Origin: Leucoraja erinacea
Taxonomy: Eukaryota
Reading direction: 5' to 3'
NCBI RefSeq assembly: GCF_028641065.1
Contig: NC_073408.1
Coordinates: 12,028,001 to 12,092,000, forward strand
DNA: 64,000 nt
Within the stretch, counting starts at the first letter, position 1. Every line of letters begins with the position of its first letter. A program made the position numbers and the translations under genes. Below the pieces are notes generated by a model. That model saw only the letters and a program-made list of their open reading frames with translations. It was not told the DNA's origin and made no database searches. Of the stretch, positions 38,221-50,722 are shown piece by piece.

Positions 38221-38982
38221 CGTTTTAAAAATGTTGATGTGTGTATTTTGGCCTAATTTTGTTACAATAACAGTAACTTACTCAATTTCTTGTTGCTTAT
38301 CTTAAGACAAGTTTGCAATGTTCTGCAACATCGATCTAGATTGCACTGTGTATCATTTTATTGCTTGAAGACAAGCAAATCCAATTATATTAATTTGGAT
38401 TCAAAGCTGCCAGTTAGGAAGTACTTGTGAATTTCACACTTCAGGATAATGACTGGTTTTCTTACAATCTTTATTTTAAGATGGTTTTGGATCTACAGCA
38501 TGCTGCGACATACCTGCAGTTGATGCAACCCAAAATACATATTTGGGTTGAGCCAGATTCATATTTATATATTACATGTTTGTATTTCCTTATGACATCA
38601 GAGGTTATTCAGTTTATCACATTTCTGCCAGCTCTCGGTCCCATTCTCCCGTCTATTTCCATATAATCTATGGCAATTACTTGCCCCCACATATTGTTTG
38701 TTTGTTGCTGATCAAACGTGCTGACCAAAGGAAAACAAAATTACCAGATAAAGCAAAGAATTACCTGATCATGGTGCAAATGTATTTTAAATCTATTTGT
38801 AAAAGTTTCTTCTATTCATTGTTCTTCCAAGACAAAACTGTTAAGTATGTACAAGTGGTTGTTTTTAAATAGTAAGGGTTCCCCGTATATCCACGAGGCA
38901 CTGAAAAAATGCTTTCAGCAGACTCTGTAGCCTTTTGTCCTATTTTGGAAGATTCTAAGAAAACTAGCTGGGTGGAGATTTC

Positions 38983-39282
38983 ATGGTTTGGTTTAGTTTA
39001 GAGATATGGTGCTGAAACAGGCTCTTCTTCCCCACTGAGTCCACGCCGACCAGCGATCAGTCTGTACAGTAACACTATCCTACAGACTAGGGACAATTTC
39101 TATAATTTACCAAGGTGTACGTGTTTGGAGTGTGGGAGGAAACCAGAGCACCCAGAGAAAACCCACGCGGTCACGGGAAGAATATACAAACTCTGTACAG
39201 CCAGCACCCAGAGTCAGGATCAAACCCGGGTCTCTGTGTCACTAAGGCAGCCGCTCTCCCGCTGTGCCACCATGCCACCCCA
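38983..39282 (-). mobile_element. tRNA-derived SINE
   Basis: Full-length family copy. Confidence 0.85.
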
Positions 39283-40121
39283 AGAAATATAACAGGGAAT
39301 ATATCACAGGGACATATATGGGTGAATTGGTTTGATGGGATTGTTCCGCCTTGTGGCCTCCTCTGTGTTGAAAAATATGAAATTATAATTTAGATCAGTC
39401 TTGCTTTTCTCATAACTTTTGGAATTAGTGTAGTTGATAAATGTGTTTTCCAATGCATCAATCCTGACTCTTGTCATTGAAGATCCTTTCTGCCAACAAA
39501 TCTAAGTGTTGCCACCCATCTTCCCAAGCTAATTCTTTTACAAGAAGTCGTGTGGTTCTATAGAACACATACTTTGATGAAATGAGGGAATCATTTAACT
39601 GACTGATTCATATCATGTCAAAACTTAAACCCACTCATTGTTAAATATCATGTATTACACCTACGCAAGTCTTGCCAAAACCATTTTTTATCATCCACTG
39701 TACAATTTCAAAGGGATGTATTGTCACGTATTTTGTGTTACTAAACTGAACATTGCTATTCCAATCTTCAATAACACCATTATTATGGGTAATATTTGCT
39801 TTTGCTTTTTATCACCTAGTGGAGTAGATCATCCATCCTTTGTTGAACCTCCCTGATGTGTCTTATTTGTTTGGTTTCAGTTTAGCAAAGGGCAGCTAAT
39901 CAACTCAGCCAGGTTGTGACAATAAGAAAAGGGAGGGAGGCTGAGATATCGGCAGTTTCTCCACTATACATTAGTTCTTAATCCTAGTTTCCATTCTTGG
40001 GAAACCACTTCACCTGTTAATCTTGAAAAATTAAGTTGTTTTCACTTCTCAACTGTATGAAGTAATTTGTAATCAGCCATAAATGTTAAGATTGTTTTGA
40101 TTAGGGACTGATCTGGATGTT

Positions 40122-40139
40122 GGGGGGGGGGGGGGGGGG
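40122..40139. repeat. Poly-G run (18 nt)
   Basis: Read directly. Confidence 0.9.
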
Positions 40140-41280
40140 AGGTACTTAATTGGGGCAATGCAGATTATAATGTCATTAGGCAGGAGCTAAAGAGGGTAGA
40201 TTGGGAACAGTTTTTATTGGGTAAATCCACTAATAACACGTGGGAGTTGTTTGAAGGCAAAGTGCACGATCAGCACGTTCCAGTAAGGAGGAGGGGTAGC
40301 ATAGAAACATAGAAAATAGATGCAGGAATAGGCCATTTGGCCCCTCGATTCAGCACCAGCGTTCAATATGATCATGGCTGATCATCCAAAATCAGTACCC
40401 CAGGATAAGGATGGCAAGGTAAGGGATGGGTAAGCAAAGAGGTTATAAATTAGTTATCTGAAGAAGGGTCTCAACCCGAGAACGTCATCCATTCCTTCTC
40501 TCCAGAGATGCTGCCTGTCCTGCTGAGTTACTCCAGCATGTTATGTCTACCTAAGGAGGTTATAAACTTGGTCAGGAAGAAAAAGGAAGCATATGCCAGG
40601 TTTGAGAAGGTGTCATCAGATGGGGCATATGAGGAATATACAGCGAGTAGGGAAGAACTCAAGCGAGCGATTAGAAGGGTCAAAAAGGGTCATGAAATGT
40701 CCTTGGCGAGTCGGATTAAGGCTTTCGATACATACGTTAAAATGTCAGAGGGTGACCAGAGAGAAGGTATCTGTTCAAAGTTAAAGAAGGGAATCCATGC
40801 TTGGAGTCAGAGGATGTAGGTGTGGTACTAAAAGAATACTTTGCATCTGTATTCACTGAGGAGAAGGATTTGGAGGACAGTTAGATCAGTGTAGAAAAAA
40901 CCCAAAATGCCAGGGCAGTTTGTGACCAAGGGGGAGGTGGTGCTGAGGCTCTTGAAGAACTTTAAAGTTGATACGTCCCCAGGGCCTGATGGGATCTATC
41001 CCAGGTTATTTGAGAGAGGCAAGAGAGGAGATTGCAGGGGCCTTGACCAGGATCTTTGTTTCTTCTCAGGCAAAGTCTCGGAGGATTGGAGAGTGGCCAA
41101 TGTTGTTTATTTGTTTAAGAAAAGAAGGGAGAATCCAGGGAAGTCGAATGTGGTGAGCCTCATGTCAATGGTAGGGAAACTATTGGAGAGAATTATTTGA
41201 GTTAGGATTTGCTCCCATTTGGAAGAGAATGGGCTAATTGGAGTTAGCCAGTATGGCTTTATATATGGCAGGTGTATGAT
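40140..41280 (+). mobile_element. Decayed CR1 ORF2 (linker and RT N-terminus) with nested insertions
   Basis: KVDTSPGPDGIYPR...EDWRVANVVYLFKK...VSLMSMVGKLLERII; nested CR1 tail 40299-40402 (-) and PLE unit ~40455-40550. Confidence 0.85.
40450..40555 (+). mobile_element. Short Penelope-derived hammerhead unit
   Basis: Direct repeat GAGGTTATAAA at 40439-40449 and 40556-40566, within the CR1. Confidence 0.75.
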
Positions 41281-42269
41281 TGTTTTTTGACTGACTGAGA
41301 CCATTTCCAATAGATAAACTGCTCCTATCATTTCAACGTCTTCGCCTAAATGCCAATTATATCGATGCTGGCACAAGCACCTCCACAATATCTGCAAACA
41401 CTTAGTGTTTTCCTTTCCCTGTACTCCATCCCGACAACGAAAGAGTTTTTTTAAAGTGCAAGCCAGCTACCTTCAGCTCTCCACACGCCAGGAAATTTCT
41501 GCTGACTATGCTTCAGTGTGTGAACTATAATTTCATTTTGGCTGCAACAGTTTGATGGCTGTCACCAAATTAGTTTAACAGTTTAATATTGAACACTCGG
41601 ACATTGATTAAAGCTGAATGTTTAATGGCGCCTGATGAATGAAGATCCTGGAGCAATAACTGGATCGTCCATAAAATGGATTTAATCATATCTGCCGTGA
41701 AGAAGAATAGGAATTCCGTCACCACTTCTTGATTAAAATGTATCTATTTGCCTATATCATCAGCGTTAGTTGATAATTATCTCGTTGCTTATGCAGCACT
41801 AAATTTGACACATTGTTTACAGCACAATGGCGGCTCTGCATCCCAAGTGGTTACTTGACAATCATACTACATTATTGCAGCTGGATGATTGACAGAGTTT
41901 GTTGTGAATTCTGAACTGCTGGTTGCTTGGGGTTTGATTTAAAAAACATTTTATTTTATTTTGGGTGGTTTGATAAATGTGAATGTGTAGCAAAAGAATG
42001 TGTGTAGTAAGGGAATCTGATATGTGCTATTTTGAAATACAGGTGCAATATATCAAATGCTATTTTCATTCTACATATATTTTGTATTCGTGAGGTTGGC
42101 AGGCATTAAAACTCTTTGAATATTTGTTTTACTAACGGGCCATAAGTACTAACACATTTTATACTGTTTTGTTTATCACCAAGTGGACACGACATATTGA
42201 TTAAGCATGGTTTGCTTAGAATTTCATTCCTGGTCAGTGAAGCTAAATGCACTCCATGGTCCCATTAAT

Positions 42270-42630
42270 GGAGTCATAGAGACATTCAGCATGGAAACAG
42301 GCCCTTCGTCCCACATTGTCCATGCTAACCAAGTTGGCATTCTCGGCTAGTTGCATTTTCCACCATTTTGTCCATATCTCTGGGTACAGGGATTGCTCCA
42401 AAGAAAAACATCCCAGCCAACCCAGTTCTCCCTGTAACTTGAGCTTGCAAGTTCAGGTAATGTGAATTTCTTCTGAACTCTGTGCAATTTAATTACACTC
42501 TTCTTGAAGCTGGACGATCAGAACTGCACACAGAACTGCTCCAAATGTGTTTTCTCCAAGGACTTGTACATCTGCATAATGATATCCCATCTTTTGCACT
42601 CAATACTGTTTTCAATGAAGTCAAGCATAC
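42270..42630 (-). mobile_element. Old CR1 3' fragment
   Basis: Reverse CR1 tail GTCATAGAG..CAGCATGGAAACAGGCCCTTCG. Confidence 0.65.
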
Positions 42631-42679
42631 CAATCATTAATTAGGAAATGAAATTCATACCATTGCCTAAATACCATGT

Positions 42680-43460
42680 TTTTGAACAAGGCTTTTAGTA
42701 CATTGACCATCAGTCAGGGAATTAATTACCGAATGTGTAGGAAAGAACTGCAGATGCTGGTTTAAATCAAAGTGCTGGAGTAACTTAGCGGGACAGGCAG
42801 CATCTCTGGAGAGAAGGAATGGGGGATGTTTCACATTCCTTCTCTCCAGAGATGCTGCCTGTCCCGTTGAGTTACTCCAGTATTTTGTGTCTGTAATTAA
42901 TTATTGAAGTTGGGATGTTGTGTTACAATTTTACAAGATGTTAGTGAGGCCACTTTTGGAGTAGTGGTCAGTTTAGGACACCCGGCTATAGGAGGGATGT
43001 CATTAAGCTGGAAAGAGTGCAGAGAAGATTTATGATGATGTTGTCAGGAGTTGAGGTCTAGAACTACAGAGATGTTGGACAAGCTAGGCTAGGACTTTAT
43101 TCCATGGAGCACAGGAGGCTGAGGTGTGATTTTACTGAAGTGTGTAAAATTATGAGGAGAATAGATAGGGTGTACGCACAGAGTATTTTACCCAGGGTTA
43201 AGGAATCAAAAATCAGAGGACGTGGGTTTAAAATGAGAGGGGCCAGATATAATAGAATTTTCACTCAAGGGTGGTGGGTAGATGGAATGAGCTGGCAGAG
43301 TAGGTAGTTGAAGCAGGCATTATCACAGCATTTAAAAGACATTCGGACAGGTATATAGATTGGAACATTTCAGAGTGCCAAACATAGGCAAATGGGATTA
43401 GCTCAAGTGGGGCATCTTGATTGGCAAAGATGAGTTGGGCTGAAGGGCATGTTTCCTGTA
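42680..43460 (+). mobile_element. CR1 LINE 3' fragment with PLE insertion at 42734-42894
   Basis: KLERVQRRF...HRRLRCDF.EVCKIMRRIDR; imperfect duplication AATTAATTA..GAA around the PLE unit. Confidence 0.8.
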
Positions 43461-45314
43461 AATGTCATAGATGACCACTTTGATTCTTAAGGAGACTGAT
43501 TATTTCCCGAGTTATCCGGCCCTCCCTATGCATCCCATATCTCAGTGGGGGGTGATGTTTGTGGACTGTATCTGAGGTACCTTTATTGTGGTGCCGATTA
43601 GGTTTAGGAAGTGCATGAGGAGGCCACTCCCATCCATCACGTGCCCATTTTATATCTTAACTTTACTGCTTGTAATTAAATTGAATCTTGTAGTGTCTTA
43701 TGTGCAAACAGCCTGCATGTTACCAACATTCTATGTGCTTTCAAAAAGTTTCATTGGTGCCCGAATGCTTTGGGTTGTTCTGAGGTTTTGAAAAAGCACT
43801 GTACGAAAAATAAGGCATTTATTTCTTCTTGGTTAAGCGCCTGATTTTTCCCCTCCGGTTATGAAAACCTGCTTTAAGAACACAAACACATGAAGGATAC
43901 GTTGTTGGTGCGTGATTAGCAAGTTCAAAACCTGCATAGTTGCAGTTTATCGGGGAACACTCCCATTTTGCATCCTTTGAATGAAGATTCTGTTTTAATC
44001 CAAATATGCTCTTCTGTTTGCGCAGTTAGCCCTGCCAGCAGGAGCTCAGCCTATTCAATGGATCCTTTGAAAGTGCTGCCCTCCTCTATATCTCAACACG
44101 GATAAAACGTCCTTGTCTTTTTTAAAACCGATATCTGTGTACAACATTGGGTTAATCTAATCAATCATTCTTTCCCATCCCTGGATTCTGCCCCAACCTT
44201 CTGAAGATCTGGAGCCCTTTGGTATCAGACCTAAAGATGGAAATAGCCAGGAGAACACAATTAATATAAAAAGGAGAGGTTAAGGCAACAGTTTTTCCCT
44301 TCAAAATCATTTTCAAAGCATGTTTCCATTGGTGCAGTGCCTTATGTTTAAAATTTACAAATAGGGAGAAGTGTTCTTGCTTTCTTTTGGAGCACCTCAA
44401 TACCTGCTCAAGTGCCAAATGAAAGTTGCATAATCAGTGCTGGCCTGATAGTGTGAATGTAGGTGCCAGTATCACCTCGCGTACAAACCTAAAGTGGTGT
44501 TGTCCAAGTAGTAATGAGTCTCAGCTTTCTGTGAATGTTATGCCCTTAACCTAGTTACATTTAGGCACACAATTGCCCAACATGGCCCTGCCACGCTGAA
44601 ATGCAGACTTTGTCAAAAAACTGTGGTGCTGTTGACACAAACAGAGTGGTGTTGAAGTTGCCCAGCCAGACTATCCTGTAACCTGGCAACTCCAGCCTGC
44701 TGCTTGTGGAATCCACTTGCCAGATTGTACATCATGTTTCAGGCTCTTTGCAGAGGTTAATTTGTGCTACTGCGTAAAGGCCGTGCCAAGCACCCTGTTC
44801 TCTTTTGTTTGATGCCCAAAGCCAAATTAGCTCATTCCTGGAAGCAGAATGAATGAGGCTTTTGTGTTTGATGTTTCACAGAAATGATTGTCCATAATCT
44901 AAATGGCAGGCTCCTTTTTATGGTGTGTTGTAAAATTCCTCTTCCAGATCTGTGGATTAATACAGAAGATATTAATCCTGTCCGATTGGTAGAAGCCGGT
45001 TCTTCTGGTCTCTGAAAACAACTAAAATCAGCCTGGCAATGTGGCCACCACTGTTTCTTGTGGAAGAATCATTTATGGTCTTGCCTCTTGTTCCTTTCAC
45101 TTTTGGGTTACCGATGGCTTGTGTTGTCTTGAGCAATTTGGATTTTTCCTTGTCATTTCCATTTTTTCATTTTTCATTTTCAGATAGAAAGTACAATCGG
45201 CAATGAAATACAAATATTTTTACAACTTACTTCTGTCTTTTAAGAGCTTAGGTTTTAGAAGAGAAAAGAGCATTGCTGCTTTCTCGAGGCACCATAAAAT
45301 GTAGATGGAAGACA

Positions 45315-45500
45315 GTGTTGGAGTAGCTCAGTGGGTCAGACAGCATCCCAGGAAAACATGGGCAGGTGATATTTTGGGTCGGGGACCGTTCTTCAGACTG
45401 ACCAGGTTGTTGCCTCACCTCGGATGCTGCTTGACCTGCTGCGTTACTCCAGCAGTCTGTGTCTTCTTTTGTAAACCAGACTCTGCAATTCCTTTTTGCT
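45315..45500. mobile_element. Penelope-derived inverted-repeat unit
   Basis: Diverged copy of the 2650 unit. Confidence 0.65.
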
Positions 45501-45580
45501 GAAGTGTTAGCTTTCTTTATTATTATTATCCTGTGTACCAAGGTACGTTGAACAACTTTGTCGGTGTGCTATTGTCAAAT

Positions 45581-46176
45581 CACGGAAAATCGCTCTCAAA
45601 ACATGGGGGGAGGAGACACACAATTTCTTGGCGGCCGCGCGCTCATGCCTACAGGCGCGAGGCTTCGGCCGTGGGCCCTGTGGACGGCAACATCGGGAGC
45701 TGACCTGGTTGGTGACTGACTCTGAACTCCAGCAACAGCAGCTTCATCCGCCCCGAATCGTGGGGCTTCAATCTGCCCATTTGCAGGGGCCTCAACATCA
45801 GGAGCCTCGATCGTCTCGATGCAACAATTTGACCGCGGGGCGATGGAAGATCCCGCCGCTATCCTCAGTTCCACCCCCCTACTTCCACCTCTGACCGACA
45901 CCTCCCTCTTCCAATCATTGCGCTGAATCATCATGGTCCCCCCCCCCCTCCCCACTGCCTGCTAACCAACGTCTCTCTTGTCCAATCGGTGCCCTCGATT
46001 ATCAGTCCCACCCCCACTGTCTCGCGGAAAGCGGAGATTTTTAATAGTTTTTTTTTCCGAGTTTTAATATACGGATTACAAATCATGAGGGGGGGGGGGG
46101 GGTAGATTGTCCCCCACCTCTCAAAACATGGGGGGGTCGTGTGTCCCCCCCGTCCCCCCTGGGATTTCCACCCCTG
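45581..46176. mobile_element. GC/CpG-rich non-autonomous DNA element, hAT-like
   Basis: Right end reads CAGGGGTGGAAATC on the - strand; repeated motif CTCAAAACATGGGGGG at ~45595 and ~46120; left terminus imperfect; no TSD seen. Confidence 0.45.
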
Positions 46177-47100
46177 ACATACCATACACGAGTACAATCA
46201 AATCGTACATGTGTGCGACAGGCAGTTCAAAGAGACAAGTAACAGTGCAGGATCTGGTGCTGCAGGGTTACAGTGTTACAACTGCTGTGTAAGATCATCA
46301 GCCCTCAAAGATGATTAAAGAGAATAGTGTTAGTATTTGTAGAAACCCTGATGGGTTTCCAATTGGAATAGAAATTTAAAAGAATAGATCAATTGTAATG
46401 CATAACAGTCGATCCTCCTCTGGGACCAGCACATGGAATCACCACTCCCTGGCACAAACTTGCTTCAGCTAATGTAGAGAGGCTGGTTTGGTGGATGGAC
46501 TGGGCTGCATCCATAACACTGCAGTTTCTTGCTGTCATGGGCAGACCAGTTGCCATACCAAGTTATCAAGCATCCCGATATGATGTTTTTCTATGGTGAG
46601 TTTGTAGAAAATGGTAAGAATCATTGGGCGAATGTTGAATTTCCTTAGTCTTCTGGGGACATTGTGGCATTGGAGTGCTTTCTGGGCTATAACACAGATG
46701 TGGTTGAAGAAAGACAAATTGTTGGTGATATTTATACCTAGAATAATGAAGCTCTCTACCATCTATGCTTCAGCACTGTTGACTGAAACCGGCAGTCCAC
46801 TGAAGTCAATGATCAGCTCCGTTGCTTTGCTGAAATTGTGGGAAAGGGTGGTGGTCTTGACACCACACCATGAAGCTCCCTATCTTCTTTCTGTACTCCA
46901 TTCGTCATTGGGCAAGGTTCACCCCACAAAGGTGGTTTCTGCAAACTTAGAAATGGAGTTAGGGTAGTATTTTACTGCAGAGTCGTGAGTATAAAGAGAG
47001 CAGGGCTGAGGGCAGAGAATTATCTTGAAGAATGTTTTGTTGCCTGTCCTTATTAGTTGCAGTCCATGGATAGGAAATCAATGATCCATTTGCAGAGTGC

Positions 47101-47244
47101 TTCTTCTCCCTTCTTCTTGCATTTGGCGTGCACAGCCTAAAGTTGGAAGACAACTTGTTCTGTTTGATCTTCTGTTTGTGCATGCCAGGTTGATTGCATG
47201 CGTTGAAACAGGGTGGACCACGTGAAGGTTGCAATCTCCCACCC
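47101..47244 (-). mobile_element. 144-bp non-autonomous retroelement with a 5' HDV-like ribozyme (Ingi/Vingi-like by inference)
   Basis: TSD TTGC(A/T)GAGT(G/C)C at 47090-47100 and 47245-47255; (GAA)n-type tail on the - strand; inserted in a Rex-like LINE. Confidence 0.8.
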
Positions 47245-47245
47245 T
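47192..47245 (-). ncRNA. Minimal P4-less HDV-like ribozyme fold
   Basis: AGGGTGG GA GATTGCA ACC TTCACGT GGT CCACCCT GT TTCAA CGCA TGCAATC; P1 7 bp, P2 7 bp and P3 3 bp all pair; L3 UUCACGU as in the CPEB3 ribozyme. Confidence 0.8.
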
Positions 47246-48261
47246 TGCTGAGTCCTTTGTTCAGAAGTTTGGATATTTGTTTGTTTGGATTAATGGTGTT
47301 GAAAGTGGGGCAAGCTATAGTCAGTAAATGGGGAGAATAAATTTAAATTTAAAGTGAAGGTGGATAAATATTTGATTGACGGAGGAATAGAGAGGCATGG
47401 AGAAATAGCACAGATGATTGAGACCAGCATTGATCATCTATGATTATATGAAATAGTGGGTCAGGCTTGAACGGCTCGATGCTCCCATTTGCTTGAGTTC
47501 TTGTTCTTGTGTTGTTGAAATTAATCCAAATCATTACAAATGAACAAGATATAGAAAAGATGAATGGTACATTCTGCATCCGCCAGTCATAGCTGCTGTA
47601 AGGAAGAGGGGATACATTTGAAGTGTATCTAGCCTCTTTACCCGGCACAACCAAACATCAACCCTGCAGTGTTGTGATAGAAGGGGGTGAGGGCAGGAAA
47701 AAAAGCCCACTATTTTTTATTAACTTCTCCGGCTTTTTAAAGAACATTGATAAAAGATTAGAGCACACATACGATCAAAGTAGAACTGAAATCTCATAAA
47801 CTTCTTTAAAGGGAGCAAAATCATTTTAATCATTTTAATATTTTAAAATAGTTATGAGAAAGAACTACAATCCACATAAATTAGTTTTATGAACCCATTG
47901 AGATTGCTGAGTTGTAATCACTGCTAAGTATGCCATTTAAAAACTCACTTACACCTCATGCAAAAAACATCAGATTTTCAGAGTATTTTAGAATGAGACT
48001 GGTTTATAAATACCTTATGATCATGTTGAGATTATTGATTTCCTTTGGTGAGGGTGGTAGAATAGCACTGCCTTTAGGATTTGTGCATAAAATGGTTCAT
48101 CTGTGGAAGTGCTATGTTTCTCAGTACTTTCATGATGTAGCAAATATAGTTGATCATTGTCACTAGTGCCCCTAAATGCTGGACCACTCAGCAGCGCTAC
48201 CATTTCATTGGAAAAATATTCAATTTGGATTCTCACAACATCCTGTCATCGGTCTCATGTT

Positions 48262-48745
48262 TCATTTAGATAGACACAAAGTACTGGAGTAATGTGTAGG
48301 GTGCAATGGCAGATGCTGGTATCGAAGATAAAGCCCTGTCCCACGGCACAAGTTCATTCCAAGAGCTCTCCCGAGTTTGCCCTGATTCGAACTCGGAGAT
48401 TTACAGTAATGGCCACTGGTCGGTACTCGGGGCTCTCGTGGACATTTTTTAACATGTTGAAAAATCTTCACGAGTCTTCCCATGCTTACCTGCCATTAGC
48501 GAGTCTTCCCGTTAGCGGTACGAACCGCTAAGAGACATCCCCAAGCTCCGACGTACCCGCTACGTTCATTCTCCGTGCTTACCATTAGTTTGATTTTTAT
48601 TAAACTCGGGAGAGCTCTTGGAATGAACTCGTACCGTGGGACAGGGCAATAAGACACAAAAAGCTGGAGTAACTCAGCGGGACTGGCAGCAACTCTGGAG
48701 AAAAAGGATGAGTGACGTTCTGGATCAGGACCATTCTTCAGGTTA
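48262..48745 (-). mobile_element. Penelope-derived unit split by a MITE
   Basis: GAAGATA | MITE | AGACACAAAAAGCTGGAGTAACTCAG. Confidence 0.7.
48331..48649. mobile_element. MITE, PIF/Harbinger-like
   Basis: GCCCTGTCCCACGG...CCGTGGGACAGGGC with ~45-bp inverted arms. Confidence 0.8.
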
Positions 48746-48799
48746 CATCGCCCTTGTGTGTTGAGAGAGCACACTGGTGAAGGAGTTGTTCTGTTAACC

Positions 48800-49502
48800 A
48801 TCATCAGCAATTATGGGTAACAAGGAAATGGCAGAAGAGTTGAACAGGTATTTCGGATCTGTCTTCACTAAGGAAGACACAAACAATCTCCCAGATGTAC
48901 TGGAGGACAGAGGATCTAAGGGGGTAGAGGAACTGAAAGAAATTTTCATTAGGTGAGAAATAGTATTGGGTTGGCTAATGGGACTGAAGGATGATAAATC
49001 CTCTGGGCCTGATGGTCTGCATCCTAGGGTCCTCAGGGAGGTGGCTCTAGAAATAGTGGATGCATTGGTGATCATTTTCCAATGTTCAATAGATTCAGGA
49101 TCAGTTCCTGTGGATTGGAGGATAGCTAATGTTATCTCACTTTTCAAGAAAGGAGCGAGAGAGAAAATGGGGAATTATAGACCAGTTAGCCTGACTTCAG
49201 TGGTGGAAAAGATGCTGGAGTCAATTATTAAAGAGGTAATAATTTGGATTTGGATAAAACGTTTTCACCCTATGAGTTGTGAATTTGTGGAATTCTCTGC
49301 CACAGAGGGCAGTGGAGGCCAAGTCACTGGATGGATTTAAGAGAGAGTTAGATAGAGCTCTAGGGGCTAGTGGAATCAAGGGATATGGGGAGAATGCAGG
49401 CACGGGTTATTGATTGGGGACGATCATGATCAAAATGAATGGAGGTGCTAGCTCGAAGGGCCGAATGGCCTCCTCCTGCACCTATTTTCTATGTTTCTAT
49501 GT
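48800..49502 (+). mobile_element. CR1 LINE: RT N-terminal piece joined to the 3' tail (internal deletion)
   Basis: DKSSGPDGLHPRVLREVA...DWRIANVISLFKKG...NYRPVSLTSVV; then tail ending (TTTCTATG)n. Confidence 0.88.
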
Positions 49503-50409
49503 AACTCCATTTAAAGCTTGTGGAAATGGCCATCAAGCTTTTGTGCAGATCTGCACCACTGGCTCTTCTGCATTGTGACCTCAATTTCCCAGTACCCTTG
49601 CAATTGAACCCAAGCATCATCTAACTCAAAGATTGAGATGCAATGCATCAGCTTATTAATTTCCTAATTGTTGTAATTATAGGGTGAAATATCTATAACC
49701 TCTGATGAATGTGAGTCAAATCAGATTCCTTTTAATAATGAGTAGGACACAATCACCTCTGCCTTGCTGAATTCCTTGTGATATATCTTGGGAAAGACTT
49801 ATATGTAGGTTACAAATGTTGTGCATTTGTAGCTCTCCATTGCCCAGTGCATGTTTGCATCCACAGAGATGCAGCAACTGAAGAATCTGAACATTAACCC
49901 ACCACTCTTGAGCTGGGCTATCAGGGAATTGTTTTGGTGTATGTGTGTCTCTCTGTGGTCTGTGCAGTAGTCATCAGCGGAAGCTGTTGGTAAGAGCAGA
50001 TTCCTCTCGTATTGCTGTCCCCTCTGATAAGACTTCATTTGAAGAACTGTCTCTTCACCACGGGCCTTTTACAGAGTCACTTGTTCAGATTACATGGAAA
50101 CAAGATACAAATGCGCAGCTACATGGAGGAGCATGTTACCCATGGGCTATTTCCCTGCTTTTGAGCATCTGTACATGACAATATCTCGGAACAACTGAGT
50201 AGGGACTGGAAAGGCTTGCAGTTGACAATTCTGTAATCATAACTTCAACTTTCATATTTGTAACATCTTAAGAAGTAGAATCTGATGTGGACTGAGGGCT
50301 CCACAAAGACACACCATTATTACTGTTTCGTAATAAAATTCCGTATTTCCTAATGGCATAAGAGACCAATTTAACTTCCCGTGTCTAAGCCAATACAATG
50401 CAATCCCAT

Positions 50410-50722
50410 TAGTTTAGTTTAGTTTAGAGATACTGCACGGAAACAGGCCCTTTGGCCCACCGGATCCACGCTGACCAGCGATCCCCGTACACACTATCCT
50501 ACGCACACTAGGGACAATTTACACTTACACCAAGCCAATAAACCTACAAACCTGTACATCTTTGGAGTGTGGGAGGAAACCGAAGATCACGGAGAAACCC
50601 ACGCGGTCACGGGGAGAACGTACAAACTCCGTACAGACAGCACCCATTGTCGGGATTGAACCCGGGTCCTCGGCTCTGTGAAAGCTGTAAGGCAGCAACT
50701 CTACCGCTGCGCCACCGTGCCA
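50410..50722 (-). mobile_element. tRNA-derived SINE, young copy
   Basis: Full-length, CpGs retained, (CTAAA)n tail. Confidence 0.9.

Larger units (their letters stand above)
46480..47330 (-). mobile_element. Rex1/Babar-like LINE RT fragment
   Basis: ORF 46535-46762 VESFIILGINITNNLS...RRLRKF...FYKLTIE. Confidence 0.75.
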
